From Candidatus Latescibacterota bacterium (lineage in GTDB: Bacteria; Latescibacterota; UBA2968), in the NCBI GenBank assembly GCA_965208125.1, contig OZ242320.1, forward strand, positions 1,760,001-1,824,000: a stretch of 64,000 nt of DNA, read 5' to 3'. Shown in pieces: positions 40,704 to 49,351 of the stretch. The position numbers were made by a program, and so were the translations under genes. Below the pieces are notes generated by a model. It did no database searches, was not told the DNA's origin, and saw only the letters and a program-made list of their open reading frames with translations. Each line of letters begins with the position of its first letter. The stretch's first letter is position 1.

Positions 40704-40831
40704 GATGCTGTTGCCGAATTCCGAATCTGTGTTGATGCAACTAAACGGGCTTACAGAGCCTGCATTCAGGCCACAAATAGCCGTTTTTCTAATCGCAGAC
40801 TCCTCCCTCCCCACAATTCGGCAACAGCATC
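40704..40831. mobile_element. MITE copy 2 (128 bp)
   Basis: Same TIRs as 38055-38183 and a highly similar core. Confidence 0.85.
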
Positions 40832-40983
40832 TAAATAACTCCAGTGGATGCTCTCAGATACGAGTGAATGGCCCTGCTTGCGTACGTGATCCATAGAAAT
40901 TTCAGAAGCGAGTGCGTCTTTGTTACAGCGCCGTTATGCTCTGGAAATGGTTACTATATGTCTTAAACAGAGAGGTGAGACAT

Positions 40984-41883
40984 ATGTATAAAATTTCAGA
41001 CTTCAAAATTCCGGATCGGCTTAACCTGGACACAGACTGGAGCATTGGTGAGACAGCATTTGAGAGAATCGCAACCACGCTTCTTCAGATGTCCCCAGTA
41101 GAAAAAATTCTCGAATTTGGGAGTGGTCCGAGTTCTATCCGTCTGGCGATGGCGTTTTCTGAAACTCAAGTTCTGTCTGTGGAAGGCGACTGGCGGAATT
41201 ATGCAGAGACCATGAATCTGATGCAAACATTCTGGAATAAACGCAATCTATCGATCAAATATCGTCCAATTACACCTGAATCTTATGGAGACGCGGAATT
41301 TTTGACTTATAAAGATGGGATGTTTTGGGATGACCAAAAAGAGATAGATTGCGTGATTATTGATGGTCCGCCTGTCTATACCTTGCGAGGTCGAGAGGCG
41401 TGTCTCTACCAGATTTATGATCAGATCAAGACTGGTGGTCTGGTCGTCCTGGACGATTTCAGAAGGCCTTATGAGAAGCAAATTGTCGAGAACTGGCTAT
41501 CCGTCTATCCCGGTAGTTTTACAGTGGAAATGATCCGCGAAGACCACCATCTGGCCGTGCTGCGTAAGGTCAGATCCACGACACCGTGTTGGGATGCGCC
41601 TTATAGGCTTTCTGATGTTCAGTCTGTCAGTAAAATGCTCGCCCGCATTACACAGGCATTATCGCAGGTTGATGATGTGTACTTGAGAGTGCTGGCCAAA
41701 GCGAATAACTGCTATGAGACAGATCTGATTGACCTATTCAACATCCTTCGCAACATCTATGGGGTAACACCTGAGCATATCCACAAGTTCGCGGATCGAA
41801 ATGCTACACTCCCACCAGACGCGAAAAAAAGAAAACAGAATGCCTGTTATATGACAATTTTCAATGCGTTTTTTCGGAACTGA
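40984..41883 (+). CDS. Class I SAM-dependent methyltransferase (Methyltransf_24-like)
   Basis: ILEFGSG, SVEGD, VIIDGP, GGLVVLDD. RBS GAGGTG. Confidence 0.8.
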   Translation: MYKISDFKIPDRLNLDTDWSIGETAFERIATTLLQMSPVEKILEFGSGPSSIRLAMAFSETQVLSVEGDWRNYAETMNLMQTFWNKRNLSIKYRPITPESYGDAEFLTYKDGMFWDDQKEIDCVIIDGPPVYTLRGREACLYQIYDQIKTGGLVVLDDFRRPYEKQIVENWLSVYPGSFTVEMIREDHHLAVLRKVRSTTPCWDAPYRLSDVQSVSKMLARITQALSQVDDVYLRVLAKANNCYETDLIDLFNILRNIYGVTPEHIHKFADRNATLPPDAKKRKQNACYMTIFNAFFRN

Positions 41884-41900
41884 ATGTACAGGGGGGAGAT

Positions 41901-42548
41901 ATGAGATACTTTATGGGTATTCTGATATTTGCGGTCCTGTCCTATCCCGCCTCGATTCTTGGGCAATCGACACTCTCTTTTAGGGAGGGCCTGAATCTGG
42001 CAACCCTGAGCGGAGAGATAATGGATAGGCATCCAGTGAATGCACGCGCCACCCTCAAGCTGGGTGTTTCCGGGACTTTTCCAGTACGGGGCAGATTTGG
42101 CTTTCAACTCAATGGTGACTATGTGCAAAAGGGTGCTCATGACTTCTTATACGATTTCATCATAGAAGTTGACTATATTGAGTTTTCTGGGCTGGTCAAT
42201 ATCACACTTATCTCCCCCTATCATGCACCTTCTTTATTTATACTCGCAGGGCCATCAGTAGCATTCAAAGTTAGGAGCGAGGGCGAACAGTTAGCGAGAA
42301 GACACTGGAGAGATCGCTTCGAGTTCAAGACCACAGACTTTGGTATCATTGTAGGACTTGGCACGCAAATGACATTTTCTGAAGCGATGATAATCAAAGC
42401 AGAATTTCTATACACCGAGGGCATTCGATCTATCAACAAAACCGCTCTCTATGATCCTAACTTCAATGCAGAAACCAGTATCAAAAACCGAGCGCTCTCC
42501 GCCTGTGTCGGCCTCGGTTTTCCTTATGGGCGAAGAACGGGAGGTTAA
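41901..42548 (+). CDS. Outer-membrane beta-barrel (porin-family) protein
   Basis: Signal peptide, GLNLA, YVQKG, DYIE, AGPS, DFGIIVG, KNR..S..LG. Confidence 0.75.
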   Translation: MRYFMGILIFAVLSYPASILGQSTLSFREGLNLATLSGEIMDRHPVNARATLKLGVSGTFPVRGRFGFQLNGDYVQKGAHDFLYDFIIEVDYIEFSGLVNITLISPYHAPSLFILAGPSVAFKVRSEGEQLARRHWRDRFEFKTTDFGIIVGLGTQMTFSEAMIIKAEFLYTEGIRSINKTALYDPNFNAETSIKNRALSACVGLGFPYGRRTGG

Positions 42549-42549
42549 A

Positions 42550-43947
42550 ATGAAATCTGCCATGGCAACATATATTCGCAGGATCCTCGTGGTAGCACTG
42601 GCTACTGGTGTGATGGAAAGCCCTATATGGGGGCAGGAGATTGAGACGGCTGTGACCTCATTTGTGATAGGCGGCGTGACACTTCAGGAAGATGTGAAGA
42701 ACCCACCTGTGCCGAGTGGCATGCAGAGATTTGAAATCACAATGAATAAACCAGTCGTAACTTTTAACGAATTGAGGGAACCTGAAACTTTGCCCTATTT
42801 CGATGGCGACAGCATTGCTATAGCAACTATCACTAAGTACTTTGATATTGACCGAGATTTTATTTCCTATCCTCCTGATCTGATGGTAGAGGTTCTAACT
42901 GCTCCTGACCTATCAGCCAGTGCGGATGGCTTTACATTAACAGGGACTATCAATTTGCCTGACAGTATGAGCTACCAGGTCCTTATTGGTGAGTCGGATT
43001 CAGACCCTATTGATGAACAGCAGCAATATTTCTTTGGGACTTCAGAACTGCCAGATGCTGTTATTTCCGGTATAGGCACCTTACCTGATGGTTTTACAGT
43101 CAACACGCGGTCACACCCAGGCGGAGCCATAATTATTGACCCTGAACGATTTGTGACGGCTTTCCCATACTACCAAGAATGGGATGATCTAATCATATTA
43201 TCTATGGTTCGCATTGCCGATTTCAATGAACAACAGATATTTGAGATAAAACATGTCCCTGATGGCGCTTATGCTATGATAATGGGAGCGGATCTGCTCG
43301 ATTCAGTGGGAAATAGGTTTCAGTCACTTACTCCCAGAGGAATCAATCTTACGACAGGTGAGGTCGATTCTACCGAATTTGTTCATGTCATTGGTGGCAA
43401 AAGTGTAACAGATTTACAAATGATGTTACAGATAGTACCGCGGGATCCAGAGCCACAGATTTCTGAAATTCTGGAGGTCAAGGTTCAAAGCGTCAATGCT
43501 GAAACAAAATCGTTTGTCATTCAACCTGGCAACCAACAGATACAGATAGATGCTTCAGAGGCCCTGGCAGTTTCCCCAGGCCAAATAAGTGCTGAGGAGA
43601 TCCTCAAGATCTTTTTGTTTCATAATCCTGATGATTTCGCACGAATCATTTTTCCTATTACCGACCTGATGGTAGGAGATACCGTTTCTCTCCTGGGAAC
43701 ATACACTTCTGAAACGATGTTCCAGGCCTTTATAGTAATCCGCCATGAATCGCCTCTGGCACGGAATGGAGATATAGATGGGGACGGAGATGTCGATTTC
43801 TCTGATTTTCTACTTTTTACTTCTGCCTTTGGCACAATTGAAGGGGAACCAGAATACAATCCCGCGGCAGATTTGGACGGGGATGGTGCGGTCGTATTCT
43901 CAGACTTTCTGATATTTGCCAGTGCCTTCGGCAAACCCGTGGGTTAG
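42550..43947 (+). CDS. Secreted acidic protein with a C-terminal dockerin/EF-hand-like Ca-binding pair
   Basis: Signal peptide. GDIDGDGDVDFSDFLLFTSAFG and ADLDGDGAVVFSDFLIFASAFG. Confidence 0.8.
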   Translation: MKSAMATYIRRILVVALATGVMESPIWGQEIETAVTSFVIGGVTLQEDVKNPPVPSGMQRFEITMNKPVVTFNELREPETLPYFDGDSIAIATITKYFDIDRDFISYPPDLMVEVLTAPDLSASADGFTLTGTINLPDSMSYQVLIGESDSDPIDEQQQYFFGTSELPDAVISGIGTLPDGFTVNTRSHPGGAIIIDPERFVTAFPYYQEWDDLIILSMVRIADFNEQQIFEIKHVPDGAYAMIMGADLLDSVGNRFQSLTPRGINLTTGEVDSTEFVHVIGGKSVTDLQMMLQIVPRDPEPQISEILEVKVQSVNAETKSFVIQPGNQQIQIDASEALAVSPGQISAEEILKIFLFHNPDDFARIIFPITDLMVGDTVSLLGTYTSETMFQAFIVIRHESPLARNGDIDGDGDVDFSDFLLFTSAFGTIEGEPEYNPAADLDGDGAVVFSDFLIFASAFGKPVG

Positions 43948-44010
43948 AAGTACGGTATGACACAATAAACAGCCCAAGGACTGACCCCCAGGAATGTTTT
44001 CCATTTCTCT

Positions 44011-44050
44011 AAAATGAAAAGAGTGAGTTCTTTTTGGCTCGCTCTTTTTT
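44011..44050 (+). terminator. Intrinsic terminator, paralogous to 33984-34018
   Basis: AAAAGAGTGAGT..GCTCGCTCTTTTTT. Confidence 0.7.
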
Positions 44051-44163
44051 GCTAAAATGCTTCGTTGTGCCGCGCGAAGCATAATTTAATACGGCTCGTT
44101 GACACCCTTTTGGATTTGGGCTATATTGCACAAATAAGAAATGTGAATTGGAGAATTTAAGTC

Positions 44164-44403
44164 ATGAATACTTATCGCAGGCGTCTTGTAGTCCAAGACC
44201 CCAAACAGATTGTGCTTTCTGATGTTCCTTTTCAAACAGGTCAAGAAGTAGAAATTACCCTGCGTTCAATAGAGCAGCCTACAGTAGAGCGGAAGAATGA
44301 GTTACGCGCCCTGTTAAAGAAGACGCAATCACTTCCCCAAATTCAAACCCTCACAGAAGAGGATATTCTTGCTGAAATTGAAGCCTATCGGAAAGGCCAA
44401 TGA
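44164..44403 (+). CDS. Putative antitoxin
   Basis: 79 aa with VPFQTGQEVEI and LTEEDILAEIEAYR. ATGA overlap with the PIN gene. Confidence 0.7.
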   Translation: MNTYRRRLVVQDPKQIVLSDVPFQTGQEVEITLRSIEQPTVERKNELRALLKKTQSLPQIQTLTEEDILAEIEAYRKGQ

Positions 44404-44813
44404 TAGTAGTCATTGATACAAGCGTTCTGGTCTCGGCTGCATTTCGTGACCGCACACCCGAAGAAGTGATTCTGTTTGTTACCGGGCAAGACGCCTTTCA
44501 TTGGATTGTTTCTGATGAAATTTTAGCTGAATATCGAGAGGTTTTAAGTCGCCCTAAATTTGATCTGTCAGAAGAAATTTTGAATCAATGGATAGAAATG
44601 CTGGAATTATCCACAATCGAAATAGATGTTGACTTAGAAATTGATTTTCCAAGAGATCGCAAAGACGCCAAATTCATCGCCTGTGCCCTTGCTGCACAAG
44701 CGAATTTTTTTATTACTGGAGATCATGATTTCAGCGAGGCACAGCAGATGATGAATACAACAATTATATCCGTGTCGCTTTTTAAAAGGACTGTGTGTGA
44801 TAACTGGATATAA
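44400..44813 (+). CDS. PIN-domain toxin (PIN_3 type)
   Basis: VVIDTSVLVSA, EY.EVL.RPKF, RDRKDAKF, ITGDHD. Confidence 0.88.
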   Translation: MIVVIDTSVLVSAAFRDRTPEEVILFVTGQDAFHWIVSDEILAEYREVLSRPKFDLSEEILNQWIEMLELSTIEIDVDLEIDFPRDRKDAKFIACALAAQANFFITGDHDFSEAQQMMNTTIISVSLFKRTVCDNWI

Positions 44814-44908
44814 TCATTTAATTGATAGGGACGTAGGATGACACAGGAACAAAATGAGAAAGTCCAAATGCGGGGGCTTGTAGATTACTGCATCATATCT
44901 TTTAGCAA

Positions 44909-45409
44909 CTACTGAGTCTTTATCGGCAATGTAAGTTGCATCCTGAATGTGGTACTTTTGTCTTCGACGCTAAGATCAGTGCGGATTTTTGGATTGTCTT
45001 TATTTCTGATTGATATATTGCAAGGGGCTGTAAATATCACCTGTCGGTGGGCTTGTTGGTTGATCTCAACGAGACCGGGAAAAATATTAATCACAGCGCG
45101 TTGATTAATCTCGCGAACAATGTCAAAGGAACCGTACTCGCTTATGACGCCCTCAGCCAGGCCACCCACTCGCCTACAGGTCTCGACTGCGGCTTTTACA
45201 GAGGAATACTGCTGATTAACAGTGAATTTGACAAACTTTTGATCATTTTCAAACCTTGCAAGAGCGTCCAAACCCCACAACTTCCCCTTATAGCTCCCCT
45301 TATCTGGTCCCACTTCTACTTTTTTCCATGATTCTTCTGCTCGGATGGATGACGTATGCGACATCACCAAAAAGAAACATAGTGTTGCCAAAATCACACT
45401 GGTCCTCAT
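44909..45409 (-). CDS. Hypothetical exported protein (166 aa)
   Basis: RBS GGGAGG, then signal peptide MRTSVILATLCFFL..IRA. Confidence 0.65.
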   Translation of the reverse strand: MRTSVILATLCFFLVMSHTSSIRAEESWKKVEVGPDKGSYKGKLWGLDALARFENDQKFVKFTVNQQYSSVKAAVETCRRVGGLAEGVISEYGSFDIVREINQRAVINIFPGLVEINQQAHRQVIFTAPCNISIRNKDNPKIRTDLSVEDKSTTFRMQLTLPIKTQ

Positions 45410-45422
45410 AGCATCCTCCCAC

Positions 45423-47150
45423 CTAATATTCCCGACACCGATTCGTAATCGGCAAGCGCCTATCGCGTCCAAATGCGCGGGGCGTAATCTTGATACCTGG
45501 CGGTGCCTGGCGGCGTTTGTACTCGTTGATATCAACCGTGCGGATAACCCGCATAACGAGTTCCTCGTCATATCCCAGCGCAATAATATCTTGCAAACTG
45601 GTATCGTCCTCCACATACGCTTTGAGAATCGGATCCAGCACCGGATAAGGCGGCAAACTATCCGTATCTTTCTGATCATCGCGCAACTCAGCCGTGGGTG
45701 GTCGCTCGATAATCGAAAGGGGAATAACGGGATGATCCGACAGACCATTGCGATAATGCGCCAGATCGTAAACAAGCGTCTTGTAAATATCCTTAATAAC
45801 CGCAAACCCACCCGCCATATCCCCGTAAAGCGTCGCATAGCCCATACTCAACTCGCTCTTATTCCCCGGAGCCAGCACCAGCGCGCGGAACTTATTGGCA
45901 AGCGCCATCAGCAAAGTACCCCGAATGCGCGGCTGGATATTCTCCTCTGCAGTATCAGAAGGCAAATCGCCAAACTCATCCGCAAGAAGACCGAGATACT
46001 GGTCGAACAACCTTTGAATCGGCAACGTCAGAATGCGAATATCGAGATTGCCCGCCATCTGCAAGGCATCGTTAAACGTACCCTCTGAAGAGAACTGAGT
46101 CGGCATCGTCACACACACCACATTCTCTCTCCCCAGCGCATCATAGGCAACAGCCGTGACAAGCGCCGAATCAATCCCGCCAGACAACCCGATAAAAACC
46201 TTCTCAAACCCATTCTTCACAACATAATCGCGCGTACCCAGAACAAGCGCATGGTAAATATTCTTGAGACGCTCATCTGGACGCGGAAAATCCGGTCTCT
46301 CAGGCGGAGAAAGACACACAGATTTGGGTTTCAGATCGGGCAGATCAATGGCGGTCGGAGAAGAAACATCGCGTTTCTCCTTGCGCCGACGCGAATCGTG
46401 CAGACGATTGCGAAAAACAGCCTCAACATCAACATCCGCCATCAGCAGATCTTCCGCAAACCGGGGAGACCGCGCAATAACGCGCCCTTCCTGATCGACA
46501 ATCAAACTGCCCCCATCAAAAATCAACTCATCCTGCCCACCGACCAGATTGCAAAAAGCCAGAACAGCACTATTATCCGTCGCGCGCGTAGCAATCATCT
46601 GCTCGCGCAACAACTCTTTGCCATCGTGGAAAGGGGAGGAAGAAATATTGATCAGCACCTCGGCATCGCCGGCAAGTGCTTGCTCTCGAGCGGGACCGCC
46701 GGGATACCAGATATCTTCGCAGATCGTAACCCCAAACGCGATGCCATTGAGGCGGTACACCCCTGCGGTCTTGCCAGATTGGAAATAGCGGTCTTCGTCA
46801 AAGACCCCGTAATTGGGCAAATAGGTCTTGTGATAAACATCGATCAAGCGCCCGTCGCAAGCAATCGCTGCGGCATTGTAGATATCGTCGTGACGATCCA
46901 CAAATCCGAAAATCGCAGCAATACCCTGCGTCGCCCGAACGAGTTCGTTCAACACATCGAGGTTGGATTGGATAAACCGGGGCTTAAACAGCAAATCCTC
47001 GGGCGGATAGCCCGGAATCGCAAGCTCGGGAAAAACGACAACATGCGCCCCCGAATCGCGTGCTCTGTGAACATAGTCGAGAATCTTTTCACGGTTGCCC
47101 GCAAGATCACCAACGGTGACATTAATCTGCGATAGGGCAAGGCGGATCAC
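45423..47150 (-). CDS. nadE: Glutamine-dependent NAD+ synthetase
   Basis: Nitrilase FPEL/K/ICEDIW triad, GLSGGIDS, GNKSE..GYATLYGD, NEYKRRQ. Confidence 0.96.
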   Translation of the reverse strand: MIRLALSQINVTVGDLAGNREKILDYVHRARDSGAHVVVFPELAIPGYPPEDLLFKPRFIQSNLDVLNELVRATQGIAAIFGFVDRHDDIYNAAAIACDGRLIDVYHKTYLPNYGVFDEDRYFQSGKTAGVYRLNGIAFGVTICEDIWYPGGPAREQALAGDAEVLINISSSPFHDGKELLREQMIATRATDNSAVLAFCNLVGGQDELIFDGGSLIVDQEGRVIARSPRFAEDLLMADVDVEAVFRNRLHDSRRRKEKRDVSSPTAIDLPDLKPKSVCLSPPERPDFPRPDERLKNIYHALVLGTRDYVVKNGFEKVFIGLSGGIDSALVTAVAYDALGRENVVCVTMPTQFSSEGTFNDALQMAGNLDIRILTLPIQRLFDQYLGLLADEFGDLPSDTAEENIQPRIRGTLLMALANKFRALVLAPGNKSELSMGYATLYGDMAGGFAVIKDIYKTLVYDLAHYRNGLSDHPVIPLSIIERPPTAELRDDQKDTDSLPPYPVLDPILKAYVEDDTSLQDIIALGYDEELVMRVIRTVDINEYKRRQAPPGIKITPRAFGRDRRLPITNRCREY

Positions 47151-47162
47151 GTTTCCGACCCT

Positions 47163-48986
47163 CTAATAATTGGAGTAGAAGAAGTGACGGTAATCAACAA
47201 TGTCGGCATTCTCCCGCAAATCGGCAAACCAGGCCGTGAAAATCTCCTGGTGTTTTTGTGAGAGCACCTGCTGCAACAACGTCCCTTTTGCCGACGCTAA
47301 ACCCGTTTCATCAACAGATTGTTTTTCTTCTACGCGCAAAATATAAGCCCCGCGGTCCGTTTTGACGATCTCGCTCGTCTGACCCGTTGACAGACGAAAT
47401 GCCGCGCCCACAAAAGCATTGCGACTGCCCACACTGGGAACAAAGCCCGTGCGCGCAAAAGGCTGCGGTGTCTGAACCGTGAGATTGAAAAACTCGGCCG
47501 CCTCCTCGAGCGTTTTGCCCGTCTTGATCTGCCCCATCACCTCGTCCAGCCGACCGGCTGCAACCTCGACCTTCTTTTTGTTCTTCAAACGCATCTCAAC
47601 CTGCGGTTTAACCTCGTCCAGAGGCCGGGGACCTGCCTCGCGGATCTCCCGCAAAGCGAAAACGTGAATACCCTGGTCATTTTCATAAACACTGGAAACA
47701 TCCCCTGGAGAACTGTGCAAGAATTTGTTCACCAGACCCGATGTGCTATTGCCCAGCAGGGGGAAAAAGCTCCCAGCGGTAATAAACTCCGAATCCTGAC
47801 TCTGCAAATCCCTCTGGTTGACAGCCGAGTCAAACCCGACATCCTCGGCTATTTCTGCAAACTCTTCGGCAACCACGCGCAAACTGTCGAGCGTATCGCG
47901 CCCGGGGCGCACCTCAATGAGAATATGCCGCGCGTGAACCTCGAGACTATCCGCCGCACCGCGCGTCTCCTCCACCTTAATCACATGCCAGCCAAACTGC
48001 GTTTTAACCGGATCGGATATTTCCCCTGCTTTGAGCGCAAAAGCCGCATCTTCAAAAGGCTTGACCATACGCCCCCTCCCAAAGAAGCCGAGATCGCCAC
48101 CGCGCGGGCCACTTGGACCATCGGAATACGCCCTGGCGAGTTCGGCAAAATCCTCACCGGCTTTAGCCTCGGCGAAAACCCGATCAATCTCGGCTTTGGC
48201 TTCGGCTTCATCGCGTGCGGTCGCTATTTTGGGCAATGAAATAAACGCTGCGCGTATGGCGGCATCTTCCTCGTATTCGTCCCGATGGCCTTCGTAATAA
48301 GTCTGAATCTCAGCATCCGCGACCAGCGCGAGCGAGTCGGGAATGGCATTGACATCAAAACCGACATAAGACACGCGCACTTTTTCATTCCGTTCGATAT
48401 ACGCCTGCTCGATCTCCGCATCGGTAACTTTGACCGAACCTACAATGAGCGTTTCGAGCTTTTGCGAAAGCAACTGACTTCGCGCATTCTCTTCGGCGAA
48501 CAGAACAAACTGTTTCATTCGGGGATCGCTGTACGTGCTGGGATCGTCGAGAAATTGGTTATATTTAGCCGGATCAAATACGCCATCGGTCTGAAAAAAT
48601 TCTTGTTGTTGTATCCACTCGGCGGGTTGTGTGCGGTTGATGTGATTGACTTCAGTATCGGAAACAGTAATGCCGTACTTCGCAATTTGTTGCCCAAACA
48701 GGATTTGCGTAACCACGCGTTCCCAGGTCTGCGAAATAATCTGGCTCACATCGGGATCTTCATTGCCTTGCGCCCTGGCCTGTTGAAGGCCATTTTGGAC
48801 TTCGGCCTCAAACTGCTTCACAGAAATATCCTGACCATTCACAGAACCGATATTATCACCAATAGCGGCAAACCCCCGACTGCTAAAATCAGCCCCCCAT
48901 TCAAACACCATAAGGCCCACAAAAGCAACCGCAACAATAATCATCATCGCCTTGATAAAAGTAGCACTACGCATTTGAGCGAGCAT
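47163..48986 (-). CDS. PpiD/SurA-type membrane-anchored parvulin PPIase
   Basis: N-terminal TM, SurA_N region, [29 protein letters not shown]. Confidence 0.9.
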   Translation of the reverse strand: MLAQMRSATFIKAMMIIVAVAFVGLMVFEWGADFSSRGFAAIGDNIGSVNGQDISVKQFEAEVQNGLQQARAQGNEDPDVSQIISQTWERVVTQILFGQQIAKYGITVSDTEVNHINRTQPAEWIQQQEFFQTDGVFDPAKYNQFLDDPSTYSDPRMKQFVLFAEENARSQLLSQKLETLIVGSVKVTDAEIEQAYIERNEKVRVSYVGFDVNAIPDSLALVADAEIQTYYEGHRDEYEEDAAIRAAFISLPKIATARDEAEAKAEIDRVFAEAKAGEDFAELARAYSDGPSGPRGGDLGFFGRGRMVKPFEDAAFALKAGEISDPVKTQFGWHVIKVEETRGAADSLEVHARHILIEVRPGRDTLDSLRVVAEEFAEIAEDVGFDSAVNQRDLQSQDSEFITAGSFFPLLGNSTSGLVNKFLHSSPGDVSSVYENDQGIHVFALREIREAGPRPLDEVKPQVEMRLKNKKKVEVAAGRLDEVMGQIKTGKTLEEAAEFFNLTVQTPQPFARTGFVPSVGSRNAFVGAAFRLSTGQTSEIVKTDRGAYILRVEEKQSVDETGLASAKGTLLQQVLSQKHQEIFTAWFADLRENADIVDYRHFFYSNY

Positions 48987-49005
48987 TGGGACTTCTCCTC
49001 CAGAT

Positions 49006-49044
49006 AGGATCAGGATAAACAGGATTTACAGGATTATGCAGGAT
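49006..49044. repeat. Five short-spaced AGGAT motifs
   Basis: TAGGAT CAGGATAAA CAGGATTTA CAGGATTATG CAGGAT. A similar tract is at 52061-52096. Confidence 0.6.
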
Positions 49045-49240
49045 GCCACCCAGCCACACCAATTTTGTAATCTACTTGTTGGACTTTGTACTGGCAAGGT
49101 TTTTTTCTACAAATGCAAGCCAATACAGCTTCTTGACGGAGGTCGGCAAAAGTCATATACTGAGAAGTGAGAAGTGAGAAGGAAGAAGTGAGAAAGCCAC
49201 CCTACACCACTCAAAAACGGGTGTCTTATCCTACTTCCTA

Positions 49241-49349
49241 CTTCACACTTCATCCTTCACACTTCATCCTTCACACTTCATCCTTCACACTTCATCCTTC
49301 ACACTTCATCCTTCACACTTCATCCTTCACACTTCATCCTTCACACTTC
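49241..49349. repeat. 14-bp tandem repeat CTTCACACTTCATC, 7 full copies and one partial
   Basis: Read directly. An inverted-sense heptamer tract (TGAGAAG)n lies at 49161-49193. Confidence 0.95.
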
Positions 49350-49351
49350 GC

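Noticed and set aside
44838-44883. Tiny ORFs after RBS-like motifs (MTQEQNEKVQMRGL*; also MFIRYLGLMS* near 40199)
   Set aside because: They may be gene-start remnants but are too short to call.
49241-49349. Possible CRISPR array
   Set aside because: It is a pure tandem repeat with no unique spacers and no cas genes.
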